DNA of 64,000 nucleotides, from NCBI GenBank assembly GCA_027484025.1, contig JAIXTI010000287.1:5137-69136 (forward strand), written 5' to 3'. Below are positions 1-10,538 of the stretch, piece by piece. Source of the DNA: a bacterium (GTDB lineage: Bacteria; Gemmatimonadota; Gemmatimonadetes; Gemmatimonadales; Gemmatimonadaceae). A program made the translations under genes and the position numbers. Under the pieces are notes generated by a model. The model was not told the origin of the DNA, searched no databases, and saw nothing but the letters and a program-made list of their open reading frames with translations. Numbering within the stretch: position 1 is the stretch's first letter; every line of letters begins with the position of its first letter.

Positions 1-1922
1 CGGTGCCGGTGCATGTCGAGGCGACCACGTTGGCAGCGCTCGCCAAACTGCCGGCCGACCGACCCGCGACGGCGAAAGCGTTTGCTGATGGACTCGTGAC
101 GGCCGCCGTCAACACCGGCAGTGTTGGTGAGGGCCAGCCTGCGCGTACATCCAAGGCGCGGCGTCAGTCGGCACCGATCGCGTGGGGCGTCACCGCGCTG
201 CTTGGCGCAGCACTCGCCTGGGTCTTGCTGCGTCCGTCTGCCTCGAGCGCCGGCGAGCCGTACGCCTATGAAATCACGTTGCCGGTAGGCGTGGCGATAT
301 CGGGCGAGGGCATTCTTTCCATCAGCCGCGACGGACGCACGCTGGTCATGCAAGGCGTCGACAGCGCCGGTCAGTCGATCTTTACGAAGACCCTTGGTGC
401 TGGAGAGTTCGCGCGGGTGAAGGGCACGTCCGGTGCCACCAGCGGCGGCTTCGTGTCTCCGGACGGTCGATGGATTATCGCGGAAAGATCAGGAAAGCTG
501 ACCAAGCTGCCGCTCGACGGGAGCGCACCACCGGAAGCCATCGTCGATGCGAGTTGGGGCAACGGTGTGTGGGCGCCGACCGATACGATCATCTACACGC
601 CGTCGTTCCAGAGCGGATTGATGGAGGTTTCCATCAACGGCGGGACTCCGAAGACGCTGACGACACCCGACACCGCGGCCGGTGAACTGGGACATTGGTG
701 GCCACACCTGCTGCCAGATGGTGATCATGTGCTGTTCACCAATTACGGCAGCAACGCCTCTCTCTGGGTCGTGTCGCGCAAGAGTGGTACCCGAAAGCGT
801 CTCGTGGAATCGGCGACCGGTGCACACTACTCGGCACGACACAAGCTGCTCTTTTTTGTGCGAGCCCGCACGCTGTTTGGCGTGCCGTTCGACGCCGATC
901 GACTCGAAGTCACCGGCAAGCCCGTCGGACTCGTCGATGATATCGCGACATCGGCAGGCTCGGCGTCGGCATCGTACGCCATCGCCGAGAACGGGACGCT
1001 GACGTACCTCAGCAGCAAGTCGAGCATGATTTCCAGTGTCCCGGTGCTGCTCGACCGCAGTGGCCGTGGCGATCCGGCGCTACCAACGATTGGTCAGTAC
1101 GAAAACCCCGCGCTTTCGCCCGACAAGCAACGGGTGGCGCTCAATGTGACGTTGCCGGGGGAAGTGACTGGTGACATCTGGGTCTTCCCTGTCGGGGCTT
1201 CGAATGGCACCAAGATTACCAACTCCCCCCGCCACGACTGGGGGCCGTCGTGGCTCCCGGACGGCCGCTCACTCGTGTACACCTCGGAAGACAAGTATTA
1301 CGCGCTCACCACGATTTCGGCCGATGGATCGAGCTCACCGAAGACGCTGCTCAACGGACCGATCGACCACGATGCCCCACGGGTCAGCGCCGACGGAAAG
1401 ACCGTGGTCTATATGCAATCGCTGGTGAAGGGCGTACGAGTTGGTGTCATTCGCCTCGACTCCTCTGCCAGCGAAGGCGTGTACCCCGATGGCGGGCGCA
1501 CCATTGGCCGCCCCGACCTGTCTCCCGACAATCGGTGGCTTGCGGTGGTCGATTACGAACAGGACAAGCGCAGTGTGTATGCCCAATCGTTTCCCGACCC
1601 CACGCGTGGCCGCGTGCGTGTGTCCGGTGCACAAGGCGACGAACCGCTCTTCACCCGCGGTGGCCGCGAAATTGTCTACCGTGTGGGAGATTCCGTCTTT
1701 GCGGTCCCCTTCGATCCCAATGCGGGCAAGGCCGGCACCCCCACGCTTCTGTTCTTCGGTCCGTTCGCATCGGATGCGTCGATCATCAGTTCCCGAAGCT
1801 GGGATGTCTCGCGCGATGGCGAAACGTTCCTCATGCTGCGGGAAACGCCTGATCGCTATCGGCGACAGGTCAACATTGTGCTCAACTGGCTCGACGACGC
1901 GGCTCGACGGGTGAAGCCATGA
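1..1922 (+). CDS. Ser/Thr protein kinase with TM helix and TolB/PD40 beta-propeller (5' part outside window)
   Basis: Starts with a kinase C-lobe tail (ALAKLPADRPATAKAF), then a TM segment (WGVTALLGAALAWVLL) and repeated SPDG/SRDG/SADG PD40 blades. Confidence 0.8.
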   Translation, partial: VPVHVEATTLAALAKLPADRPATAKAFADGLVTAAVNTGSVGEGQPARTSKARRQSAPIAWGVTALLGAALAWVLLRPSASSAGEPYAYEITLPVGVAISGEGILSISRDGRTLVMQGVDSAGQSIFTKTLGAGEFARVKGTSGATSGGFVSPDGRWIIAERSGKLTKLPLDGSAPPEAIVDASWGNGVWAPTDTIIYTPSFQSGLMEVSINGGTPKTLTTPDTAAGELGHWWPHLLPDGDHVLFTNYGSNASLWVVSRKSGTRKRLVESATGAHYSARHKLLFFVRARTLFGVPFDADRLEVTGKPVGLVDDIATSAGSASASYAIAENGTLTYLSSKSSMISSVPVLLDRSGRGDPALPTIGQYENPALSPDKQRVALNVTLPGEVTGDIWVFPVGASNGTKITNSPRHDWGPSWLPDGRSLVYTSEDKYYALTTISADGSSSPKTLLNGPIDHDAPRVSADGKTVVYMQSLVKGVRVGVIRLDSSASEGVYPDGGRTIGRPDLSPDNRWLAVVDYEQDKRSVYAQSFPDPTRGRVRVSGAQGDEPLFTRGGREIVYRVGDSVFAVPFDPNAGKAGTPTLLFFGPFASDASIISSRSWDVSRDGETFLMLRETPDRYRRQVNIVLNWLDDAARRVKP

Positions 1923-1940
1923 ACACTGATTCGCCACGTC

Positions 1941-2924
1941 ATGCCCCGTAGCTACACCGCCGAACTCGGCACCGCCCTCGCTGGCCGTTACCTCATCGAG
2001 GAACACCTCGGCAAGGGCGGCATGGCCACCGTATATCGCGCACTCGATCTCAAGCACGATCGCGCGGTCGCGCTCAAAGTGCTCAACCCCGAACTCGGGG
2101 CGGTGCTGGGAGCCGAGCGCTTTCTGACGGAGATCAAGGTCACCGCGACGATGCAGCACCCCAACCTGCTCACGCTTATCGACAGCGGAGAGGTGGGCGG
2201 ATTGCTGTACTACGTGATGCCCCTGCTCGACGGCGAGACCCTGCGCGCCTACATCGCGCGCAGCGGACAGTTGCCGGTGAACGACGCCGTGCGCATTGCG
2301 GCCGGTATTGCGCAAGCACTCGCGTATGCGCACGCGCGCGACATCATTCATCGCGATCTCAAGCCTGAGAACGTGATACTGCAACACGGGCAGCCCATCG
2401 TGCTCGATTTCGGTATCGCCCTCGCGCTGCGCAATGCCGGTGGCGCGCGCATGACGCAGACGGGCGTGGCGATGGGGACACCGCAGTACATGAGCCCCGA
2501 GCAGGCGAGTGGAGAGAAGCAGGTGGACGCGCGTGTCGACATCTACGCGCTTGGCACGCTTCTGTTCGAGATGCTCGCGGGTGAGGCGCCGCACACCGGT
2601 CCCACACCGCAGTCGGTCATGTCTCGCGTCATCACGACGGAAGCGCGTTCAATTGCGAGTGTGCGCCCACTGGTACCGGCACACATCGCGGCTGCCATCG
2701 CGAAGGCGTTGGCGCGCAACCCTGCCGACCGGTTCAGCACCGTCGACGAGTTTGTGGCAGCGCTACAGCGGCCGGCAGACGCGGTGACCACCGGCACGGG
2801 GCCGGCCGATGACATGTCTGGGATTTCATCATTCCGCCACGGGCATTCGACACCGATACTCATTGCGGTAGCGCTCGCTACGTTGGTCGTCGGATTCCTT
2901 GCCGGGAGACTGAGCACACCCTGA
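1941..2924 (+). CDS. Hanks-type Ser/Thr protein kinase with single C-terminal TM anchor
   Basis: LGKGGMATVY, VALKVL, HRDLKPENV, DFG and GTPQYMSPEQ motifs; C-terminal hydrophobic helix. Confidence 0.93.
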   Translation: MPRSYTAELGTALAGRYLIEEHLGKGGMATVYRALDLKHDRAVALKVLNPELGAVLGAERFLTEIKVTATMQHPNLLTLIDSGEVGGLLYYVMPLLDGETLRAYIARSGQLPVNDAVRIAAGIAQALAYAHARDIIHRDLKPENVILQHGQPIVLDFGIALALRNAGGARMTQTGVAMGTPQYMSPEQASGEKQVDARVDIYALGTLLFEMLAGEAPHTGPTPQSVMSRVITTEARSIASVRPLVPAHIAAAIAKALARNPADRFSTVDEFVAALQRPADAVTTGTGPADDMSGISSFRHGHSTPILIAVALATLVVGFLAGRLSTP

Positions 2925-4471
2925 TGCCGTCCGTCCGCTTCATCGACCTCACGTAGTTCGATCAGATCAACCTCGGCGCGACGCTCGTCCTGACCGCCGT
3001 GGTGTTTGCGTTTGCCATCGCCGTCGCCGGCGTGTGGCTGACGCAACGACGGCCGGCGATGCGGGCGCTGAGCGCCTATTGGGGGCTCTTTGCGAGCGCG
3101 GCGGCGCTCAATGTGTTTTCGTCGTGGAGCGGCGCCATCTGGCGTGACCGCATCCTCTCTCTGTCGCTCACGACACTGGTGGTCGCGCTCCACGCCGCGG
3201 CGGTGCCGTTCGCACGCGCGACGATGCGACACCTCGCTGACGACACCGCCGAAGCGCCAGTCGCGCGCACGGCGATGCTCTGGGGCCTCGGTGTGTGCGT
3301 GCTCCACGGGGTCGGAATCTGGGCCGCGCTGCGCTGGGTGCCCGACGTCCGCTTGGTACCGGTTATCTGGAGCAGGGCGTTGCACGCGGTCGTCTTTGCT
3401 GTTCCGGCCGGCTTCGCCTGGCAACAACAGCGGGTATCATCCCGCAATCGCTTGTCCATGCTGTTGCTGGCGGGCGGTTTCACCGCGCTTGCGGTCCGTG
3501 GCGTTCTCGAACTGGCGCTGGGGCTGCGCGCCGGCATGCCCGATCTGCCCACGTGGGCGGTGGCTTCGGCCATTCTTTTCAATCTGCTCGGATTCATCGC
3601 CCTCGGCGCGGCGTCACTCATCGCCATGGCTGCCGAAGAAGAAGCGATTGTCCGAAGACAAAGCGATGAACTGCAGCGCGCGGAACGTTTGCTGCAGCAG
3701 GGACAACGCCTCGAGTCGCTTGGACGCCTGGCCGGTGGTGTGGCGCACGACTTCAACAACGTGCTGGCCGTGGTCATGGCAACGGCGGAGAACCTGCGCG
3801 AGGACGCGCTGACCGCAGGGCAGTTGACGGAGATCGACGAAATCAGCGCTGCCGCAAACCGCGGGCGGTCACTCGTACGGCAGCTCCTCACCTTTGCTCG
3901 CCAGCAACCGGCTCGCACCGAAACGTTTGGGGCAGACGTGCAGCTCGGCGAGCTGCGCACGATGCTGACGCGCCTCGCCAAAGGCGTCGAGCTCCGCATC
4001 GCGCTCGATGCGGACAGCGCGCGGGTGCAAATGGATCGCTCGCAGTTCGATCAGGTGATGCTCAACCTCGTCGTCAACGCCCGCGATGCGTGCGAGGCTG
4101 GGGGACGCATATCCGTGTCGTCGACCGTTCGGCACGAGGCTCCTATGGGTGTGCTGGCTTCGCGCACGGCCGCAACACGAACCGGAGACGCTCCGCCGCC
4201 TGAGGCGTGGATTTGCATCGGCGTGGAGGACACCGGCAGCGGCATTCCCGCCGACATTCTCCCCAACATCTTCGAGCCGTTCTTCAGTACGAAGTCCCAG
4301 GAGCGCGGCACCGGGCTTGGACTGTCCACCGTCATGGGGATCGTGGCACGCGCCGGTGGCGACATGATCGTCGATTCGACGCCGGGGAGCGGCACACGAT
4401 TCGAGATCTGGCTTCCACTCGCGTCGGCGTCCGCGGCGCTGATGGCAGCGGCAGCGACGCCAATGGGCTGA
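2924..4471 (+). pseudogene. Membrane sensor histidine kinase (HisKA + HATPase) with in-frame TAG at codon 11; intact ORF from GTG 2999
   Basis: H-box GRLAGGVAHDFNN, N-box NLVVNARDA, DTGSGI, FFSTK and GTGLGL. ATG 2924 overlaps the kinase stop (TGATG) and is in frame, but TAG occurs at 2954-2956. Confidence 0.7.
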
Positions 4472-4527
4472 GCGTCGCCGGTTCACATCGTTTCGTCACT
4501 GCACGGCCGGTACGCGCGCCGCGAAGA

Positions 4528-6144
4528 CTACTTCGCGGCGCGTCGTGCCTGGTCTGCTTCCCACTCTTCGAACGGCCCGTCGAAGTCCATAAGCCGCGTG
4601 CCGTTGAACCACCACACGCGCGTCGCGACCTGACGCAGGAACGCGCGATCGTGGCTGACGATGAGCACCGTACCTTCGTACTCGTCGAGCGCATCTTCGA
4701 GCACTTCGATGTTTTCGACGTCGAGGTGATTGGTGGGTTCGTCGAGCACCAGCAGGTTGGCACCGGATAGAGTCATGAGCGCCAGCGCCATGCGCGCGCG
4801 CTCGCCACCGCTGAGCGTGCGGATTTCGCGGAAGACTTCTTCACCGCTGAAGCCGAACGCGCCCAAATGGTTCTGCACCTGTCCGCGATTCCAGAGCGGC
4901 CGCTGCGCCTGAATGGCGTCGAACATCGCCATGTTCAGCGGCAGGTCACTCAAATCCTGACGGAAGTACGCAGGGGTAATGGAACTGCCGACCTTGGTGC
5001 TCCCGCTCGCCGGTTCACGATCACCGAGCATCGTGGAAATGAACGACGACTTGCCGGCGCCGTTGGGGCCTACGAGTGCCACGAAATCGTTGCGCCGCAA
5101 GGTCGCCGTAAAGTCATCGACGAGTACGCGGCCGGGCACCTCCACACGGAGATCCTTGATGGCCACCACCTGATCGCCGCCGCGGTCGCCCACCTTGAAC
5201 TCGAGTGACATCGCGGCCGGATCGCCGGGCGGCGGCGCAAGGCGCGGCAACCGCTCGAGCCGCTTGCGCTTGCCCTTGGCCTGGAAGGAATTCACGCCGG
5301 CGATGTTCCGCTTGATGTATTCCTCTTCCTTCTTCACGTATGCGCGCTGCTTCTCCAACTCGCGTTCACGCGTGAGCCGTCGTTCGGCACGCTGCGGGAC
5401 GAACTGGCTGTAGTTCCCCTTGTACCACTCGCTCGACTTGGCCTCGATGTGCAGAATGTGCGTGCAGATGGCATCGAGGAACGCACGATCGTGTGAGACT
5501 ACCAGCACGGTCTCACCGGCATCCTTGAGCCACTCCTGCAACCACGAAATGGTGTCGAGATCGAGGTGGTTGGTGGGTTCGTCGAGCATGAGCAAGTCGG
5601 CAGGCGCAATGAGCTGCGCCGCGAGCCCCACGCGTCCGCGTTCACCACCCGACAGCGTCGACACGAGTCGCGTCTTCGACTCTTCGGCGTCGAAACCAAG
5701 ACCCTGCAACACGGCATCCACACGGGCGTGATACTCGTATCCGCCCATGTCGGCAAAGCGCTCCTGATCGTGCCCGAACTTCTCGAGCATCTCGTCGGTG
5801 ACCTTGTCGCCAAGCTCACCCAGCTTCATCGCCTGGTCGGCGATGCTCTGCTCCAGCGCGATCACCTCGCGCCACGCCGCCGCGCCAGCCTGCCACACCG
5901 TGGTCGCCCCTTCGAAAGCGCGATGCTGATCGAGCAACGCGTGGCGCATGCCCGGCTTGCGCGCCACGGCCCCCACGTTGGGCTGCCGGTCTCCGGTAAT
6001 GACGCTGAAGATCGACGACTTGCCGGCGCCGTTGCGCCCAATAATCCCCCACCGTTCGCCCTCGGCAACGGTGAAGGTGATGTTCTTGAGCAGTTCGGTG
6101 GCCCCGAAGGAGATACCGATATTGGAGCAGGAGAGAAGAGTCAC
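4528..6144 (-). CDS. ABC-F family ribosome-associated ATPase
   Basis: Two NBDs (GRNGAGKS, GPNGAGKS; LSGGER; LDEPTNHLD twice), a helical linker and no TM segments. Confidence 0.93.
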   Translation of the reverse strand: MTLLSCSNIGISFGATELLKNITFTVAEGERWGIIGRNGAGKSSIFSVITGDRQPNVGAVARKPGMRHALLDQHRAFEGATTVWQAGAAAWREVIALEQSIADQAMKLGELGDKVTDEMLEKFGHDQERFADMGGYEYHARVDAVLQGLGFDAEESKTRLVSTLSGGERGRVGLAAQLIAPADLLMLDEPTNHLDLDTISWLQEWLKDAGETVLVVSHDRAFLDAICTHILHIEAKSSEWYKGNYSQFVPQRAERRLTRERELEKQRAYVKKEEEYIKRNIAGVNSFQAKGKRKRLERLPRLAPPPGDPAAMSLEFKVGDRGGDQVVAIKDLRVEVPGRVLVDDFTATLRRNDFVALVGPNGAGKSSFISTMLGDREPASGSTKVGSSITPAYFRQDLSDLPLNMAMFDAIQAQRPLWNRGQVQNHLGAFGFSGEEVFREIRTLSGGERARMALALMTLSGANLLVLDEPTNHLDVENIEVLEDALDEYEGTVLIVSHDRAFLRQVATRVWWFNGTRLMDFDGPFEEWEADQARRAAK

Positions 6145-6230
6145 GCGGCGATGAAAGCGACAGGTGGAAGAGGTCGTTAAAATGTAATCTCTTAGGAGCG
6201 ATCTCCACCCGCTGACTGCAACTCTCTTCC

Positions 6231-7334
6231 GTGACCTCGGCTCCTCGCCCCATCGTCATCATCGGCGCCGGCCTCGCCGGTCTATACACCGCGCGCTTGC
6301 TGCACGCCGCCAACATACCGTGTGTCGTGCTCGAAGTACGCGACCGCATTGGCGGGCGCATTCTGTCCGTCGATGCGCACGGCACACCAAGCGCTGACGG
6401 ATTCGACCTCGGCCCTTCGTGGTTCTGGCCACAGGCGCAGCCAGTCATGGCAGAGCTGGTACAGGAGCTGGGGCTCGACGTATTTCCGCAGGCGAGCGAT
6501 GGCGACGTACTCTTCGAGCGGATGTCGCGTGAAGGACCGCAGCGATTTCAGAGCTATCCGCAGGAGGCGCGCAGTTTTCGTCTGGCGGGCGGAACCGCGG
6601 CGCTCGTACACGCCATCGCCGACGCGTTGCCGGCCGATTGCATCCAGCTCAACAGCCGAGTGACGCAGCTGGCACTCGAGGCCGATGGCGTAGCCGTGCA
6701 CGTTGTACGCAACGGCGACGCGATCACCATGCGCGCGTCGCATGTGGTGGCCGCTCTGCCGCCACGCTTGCTGGCGCATGCGGTCACCTTCTCGCCGGCG
6801 ATCGATGAAGTCGCGCGCAGCAAATGGAGCAGCACGCCCACGTGGATGGCGCCGCACGCCAAGTTTTTCGCGCTATACGAGCGAGCATTCTGGGCTGACG
6901 CGGGATTGAGTGGCACCGCGCAAAGCATGGTGGGGCCCATGCCGGAAATTCACGACGCTACCACGGCGTCTGGTCAGGCGGCGCTCTTCGGGTTTGTTGG
7001 CGTTGGTGCCGCTCAGCGTGCGGCCATGGGGGACGCCGCGCTCACCAACGCATGCATGGCGCAGCTCATTCGCCTGTTCGGCCCGGAGGCCGGTAAGCCA
7101 CGCGCGACGCTACTCAAGGACTGGGCCGCAGACGACTGCACCGCGACCGGCGAGGACCGTGTCCCGGGCGGACATCCAATGCCCGACCCAGCGCCGTGGG
7201 TTACTGGCGAGTGGGCGGACCGCCTGATACTCGGCGGGAGTGAAACAAGTACCAGCGAACCCGGATACCTCGCCGGAGCAGTGACCGCGGCGGAGTCAGC
7301 GGCTCGTCGCGTGATACTCAGCGCGAACCGTTGA
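6231..7334 (+). CDS. Flavin monoamine oxidase family FAD-dependent oxidoreductase
   Basis: IIGAGLAG dinucleotide fold, RDRIGGR, FDLGPSWFW and C-terminal SETS...GYLAGA. Confidence 0.88.
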   Translation: MTSAPRPIVIIGAGLAGLYTARLLHAANIPCVVLEVRDRIGGRILSVDAHGTPSADGFDLGPSWFWPQAQPVMAELVQELGLDVFPQASDGDVLFERMSREGPQRFQSYPQEARSFRLAGGTAALVHAIADALPADCIQLNSRVTQLALEADGVAVHVVRNGDAITMRASHVVAALPPRLLAHAVTFSPAIDEVARSKWSSTPTWMAPHAKFFALYERAFWADAGLSGTAQSMVGPMPEIHDATTASGQAALFGFVGVGAAQRAAMGDAALTNACMAQLIRLFGPEAGKPRATLLKDWAADDCTATGEDRVPGGHPMPDPAPWVTGEWADRLILGGSETSTSEPGYLAGAVTAAESAARRVILSANR

Positions 7335-7734
7335 GCGGATTTCGGCAGCCCCGTATACGTCCGGCCTCATTCGCCGTGGCATTGCTGCGCATAACCGGCA
7401 TGGGTGGCACCGCCGCTGAGTCGCGCACGAACACGGGCATGTTGCACGTCGTGGTGATCTCATCCGCGGTCACGGAACTCACGGTATCCTGATTGGGTAC
7501 TGCGGCCACCATTGCCCGCAGCGTCACCGAGTCGATGAGGACGGAGCGACGCAGCTGCCCCGGCGGCGTGGCCACGGAGAGCGAACCGGCGTACTGCTCG
7601 AGCGGCAACCTGCGCATGAACAGCGCAGACGAGGGCGGTGCCTGACGCGTGAGCGGAATGGTCTGTGCCTGCGCGGTGCTCGCGGCGCTGGCGAACAGTA
7701 TTCCGATGGCGAGAGGCCAATGGCGTGAAGTCAT
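7318..7734 (-). CDS. Hypothetical exported protein
   Basis: Signal peptide (WPLAIGILFASAASTAQA); two Cys near the C-terminus. Confidence 0.55.
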   Translation of the reverse strand: MTSRHWPLAIGILFASAASTAQAQTIPLTRQAPPSSALFMRRLPLEQYAGSLSVATPPGQLRRSVLIDSVTLRAMVAAVPNQDTVSSVTADEITTTCNMPVFVRDSAAVPPMPVMRSNATANEAGRIRGCRNPLNGSR

Positions 7735-7779
7735 CTGGTCAATTCCTGATTGTCGGGTGAACGTCTAGTGTCACGGGCA

Positions 7780-8595
7780 CTAGCGTACGTCGATGGCGCG
7801 CAGCATCCCCAGTTCAATATGTGGAAGCTTACGCGCCGGGTCGGCAATGAGGCAATACACCACATACCTCCCGATGGTCAAATCGACGGGCAAGTAGGCG
7901 ATCTCGCCGGCGCCGATCCGCGCCATCCCGGCCACGGTCGTGGCCACACTGTCGGGGTTCTCCGCTTCCATCCACTGCGCCATCGTCGCGCCATCGCGTA
8001 AACGCGCGAGTCGCAGCTGATGATCCTGCGCGCCGGTATTCTCAATGCGCAACAGTTGTTGGCCTGCTGCCCACTGTTCGTCGCCGGCATAGGCAAAGTC
8101 CATCAGGCGAACTGTCTGTGTATGCTTTGGCGCGGGAGTAGTGTCCGCCACCGCGGTCCCTCGCACATGGACTACGGCAGACTCACCGGCGCTTGCGTGG
8201 CGGTGCCCGTCATCTCCCCGCCGCACACAAGCCAGCACGTACACCCCACCGGCAAGCCGGACAATGACGTCGCTGCGAGCGCCGACTTCAGGGCCACCAA
8301 TGGCGACGGCCGGCGCCGGTGTCGCTGGTGCGGTGTCGAGCGCCGCAACAAACGCGGCGACATCGTCCGGCGTGCTTTCCGCGGGCAAGCGAAAGAGCAC
8401 GACAATGTGCTTCTCAGCGCCATCGTCCACGTGGACACGCGTCCAGCCCGATGCCGCCGAGTCGGGCGCGCTCATGTTGCCGGCACGTACGGTGATGGGC
8501 AGCGCGTTTTCCGCGGGCGACGGCGACGGCGCGCGCTCGCGACATCCGCTTAGCGCGGTGACAGCAATGAGTGAGAGCAACGGGAGGCGCGGCAT
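7780..8595 (-). CDS. Lipoprotein with two cupredoxin-like domains
   Basis: Lipobox ALSGC after ATG 8595; GxYxxxC...H motifs in both halves (YVLAC...H and YVVYC...PH...GM). Confidence 0.7.
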   Translation of the reverse strand: MPRLPLLSLIAVTALSGCRERAPSPSPAENALPITVRAGNMSAPDSAASGWTRVHVDDGAEKHIVVLFRLPAESTPDDVAAFVAALDTAPATPAPAVAIGGPEVGARSDVIVRLAGGVYVLACVRRGDDGHRHASAGESAVVHVRGTAVADTTPAPKHTQTVRLMDFAYAGDEQWAAGQQLLRIENTGAQDHQLRLARLRDGATMAQWMEAENPDSVATTVAGMARIGAGEIAYLPVDLTIGRYVVYCLIADPARKLPHIELGMLRAIDVR

Positions 8596-8596
8596 G

Positions 8597-9973
8597 CTAC
8601 TGGTTCTGCTTGAGGTTCGGCAACTTCTCGATGAACGCATGCATCTCGCGCAGCACATCGGCTTCGTGCGACATGAACACCGCGTGATTCGCGTTGGGGA
8701 TGAGCACCACTCTGGCCGTCGGCACGTCGCGCCCGAAGGCGCGCGCCTGCACTTCGGTCGTCTTGTCGGCGTCCAGCATGCCGGCTCGGGTGAGGGAATC
8801 CACGGTTGGCGGAATCAGGTGGGGATACGCATAGATCGCCAGCACCGGCACCGGGATGCGGGTGTGCTTCTGCATGCCGTTGAAGATGTACGTCGGGACC
8901 GCTTCCCAGGCTCGGGACGGTGGTGGCGTTGGCGGAGACGCCGTCAACGCGGCGAGCGAGATCGGCACATCGCGTTGGAGATCCGGCAGCGTGCGCTCGC
9001 GCAACCCGCGAAGCACCGCAATCTGTTCGGCGGGCGATGCACTCGACGCCAGACTGATGGTCTCGAGTTGACGTCGCACCTCGGCAGCACTCACGAACAG
9101 ATCGCCACGCCGGGTATCCTGAAACGCATACACGTATCCCGCGTCGAGATACACGAGCCCCGACACGCGCTCCGGAGCGCGCGCCGCGATGGAGCTCATC
9201 TCTGCGCCGCCGAACGACCAGCCGGCCAACACGGGCTTGGTGAGCTTGAGCGAATCGAGCACGGCGAGGACATCGTTGGCGAGACTATCCGTGCGATATC
9301 CCGTCGACGCAATGGTCGACGCGCCGTAGCCGCGGCGCGAAATGCCGAGCACGCGATACCGCTGCGCGAGCTTGGGGGCGAACGTGTTGAACACGTGCGC
9401 GCTGGAGCCGAGTCCGGGAAGCAGCACGAGTGGACGACCGGTCCCGCCCCAGTCGAGCACCTCGATCTGCACGTCCTTCGCGACGGTGACGAATCGTACC
9501 GTGGGCGCATTGACTGCGCGATACTCGGTCTCGGTGTTGTTGCGTCTCAGTGTGAACGGAAGCGTCGTGGTTCCTGAGCGCGAGCTGCCGGTCATGGTGA
9601 CGCCGTCGGCGTTAGTGCGCACCTCGTAGAGCGTACGCCCACTGAATACCGCGCGAAGTCCGCTGCTCAGCAACTGCACGGTGTCGGCAATCTGTCGGTC
9701 GTCCATCCCGCCCTGATCGAGCTGCACCAGGTACGCGGCCATGCGATGATCCGGCCCCTCGAACACGCGCACGATGATGCGTCGAGGCGTCGGCGACGAG
9801 GCAATGGTCCCCTGATAGTTCCCGACGAGGAACGCGCCGGGCTCCGCCTGCGGTGCCTGCGCTGACATGGCCGGCGCGCCGGCAATGAGTGCAGAGCTAA
9901 CCGCGAGCAAGCGTAATTCGGCGCTGCGCGTAACGGACACGAAGGCAGCGGCGCGAATTCCGCGTGTCAACAA
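8597..9973 (-). CDS. Exported alpha/beta hydrolase (start uncertain)
   Basis: LLPGLG oxyanion motif, GWSFGG nucleophile elbow, ANHAVF catalytic His; extra N-terminal domain. Confidence 0.85.
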   Translation of the reverse strand: MLTRGIRAAAFVSVTRSAELRLLAVSSALIAGAPAMSAQAPQAEPGAFLVGNYQGTIASSPTPRRIIVRVFEGPDHRMAAYLVQLDQGGMDDRQIADTVQLLSSGLRAVFSGRTLYEVRTNADGVTMTGSSRSGTTTLPFTLRRNNTETEYRAVNAPTVRFVTVAKDVQIEVLDWGGTGRPLVLLPGLGSSAHVFNTFAPKLAQRYRVLGISRRGYGASTIASTGYRTDSLANDVLAVLDSLKLTKPVLAGWSFGGAEMSSIAARAPERVSGLVYLDAGYVYAFQDTRRGDLFVSAAEVRRQLETISLASSASPAEQIAVLRGLRERTLPDLQRDVPISLAALTASPPTPPPSRAWEAVPTYIFNGMQKHTRIPVPVLAIYAYPHLIPPTVDSLTRAGMLDADKTTEVQARAFGRDVPTARVVLIPNANHAVFMSHEADVLREMHAFIEKLPNLKQNQ

Positions 9974-9986
9974 GATGCACCGTCTA

Positions 9987-10403
9987 TCACTTGGAGGCTT
10001 TCCCGTGTCCCTTGACCGCCGCCGTGATCAGCGCCTCCAGCGCCTTCTGGTCGATATCGGCGAGTCGCTTGATGTGCACGCAGCCCCCCTTGAGCTTTGC
10101 GGGTGCAATGGCGGCAAGCCGTTCGTCGAACTTGTCCGCGCTTCTCAGGCTGTACAGCACGATACTCTGCGCGCGTGGTGAGAACGCCATGAGCGGCCAG
10201 TCCATGGTCGACCCATCGGCGTACTTGATGGGGGCACTGCCGAAGCCGACGATCGCGTCACCCCAGAGCACAGGCTTGGCCTTCGTCGCCTTCTCACACA
10301 TGCGTGCGATGGCCTCACAGTCCGCGCGACGTTCGGCGGGCGTCAGCGCGGCAAGGTATTTCTCCACCGAGGCGGTGGTGGGGCGCGTCTTCGCTTCGGC
10401 CAT
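9987..10403 (-). CDS. DUF1801 (YdhG-like) domain protein
   Basis: KTRPTTASV...WGDAIVGFGS...WPLMAFSPR...GCVHIKRLADID pattern. Confidence 0.8.
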   Translation of the reverse strand: MAEAKTRPTTASVEKYLAALTPAERRADCEAIARMCEKATKAKPVLWGDAIVGFGSAPIKYADGSTMDWPLMAFSPRAQSIVLYSLRSADKFDERLAAIAPAKLKGGCVHIKRLADIDQKALEALITAAVKGHGKASK

Positions 10404-10538
10404 GGGCGACTTCCTCATGTCTGGAGTGGCGGGGGCGAACACCCCGAACTTACTGGTGTTACCCGTCGTCGCCAGAGGGCGACCTCGCGAATCACCGGAT
10501 CGCGCGATCAGTTCCCCCATCCCTGCGGCAACGAACTG

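Noticed and set aside
8141-9577. 478-aa plus-strand ORF
   Set aside because: Antisense shadow of the hydrolase and lipoprotein genes; no recognisable domain.
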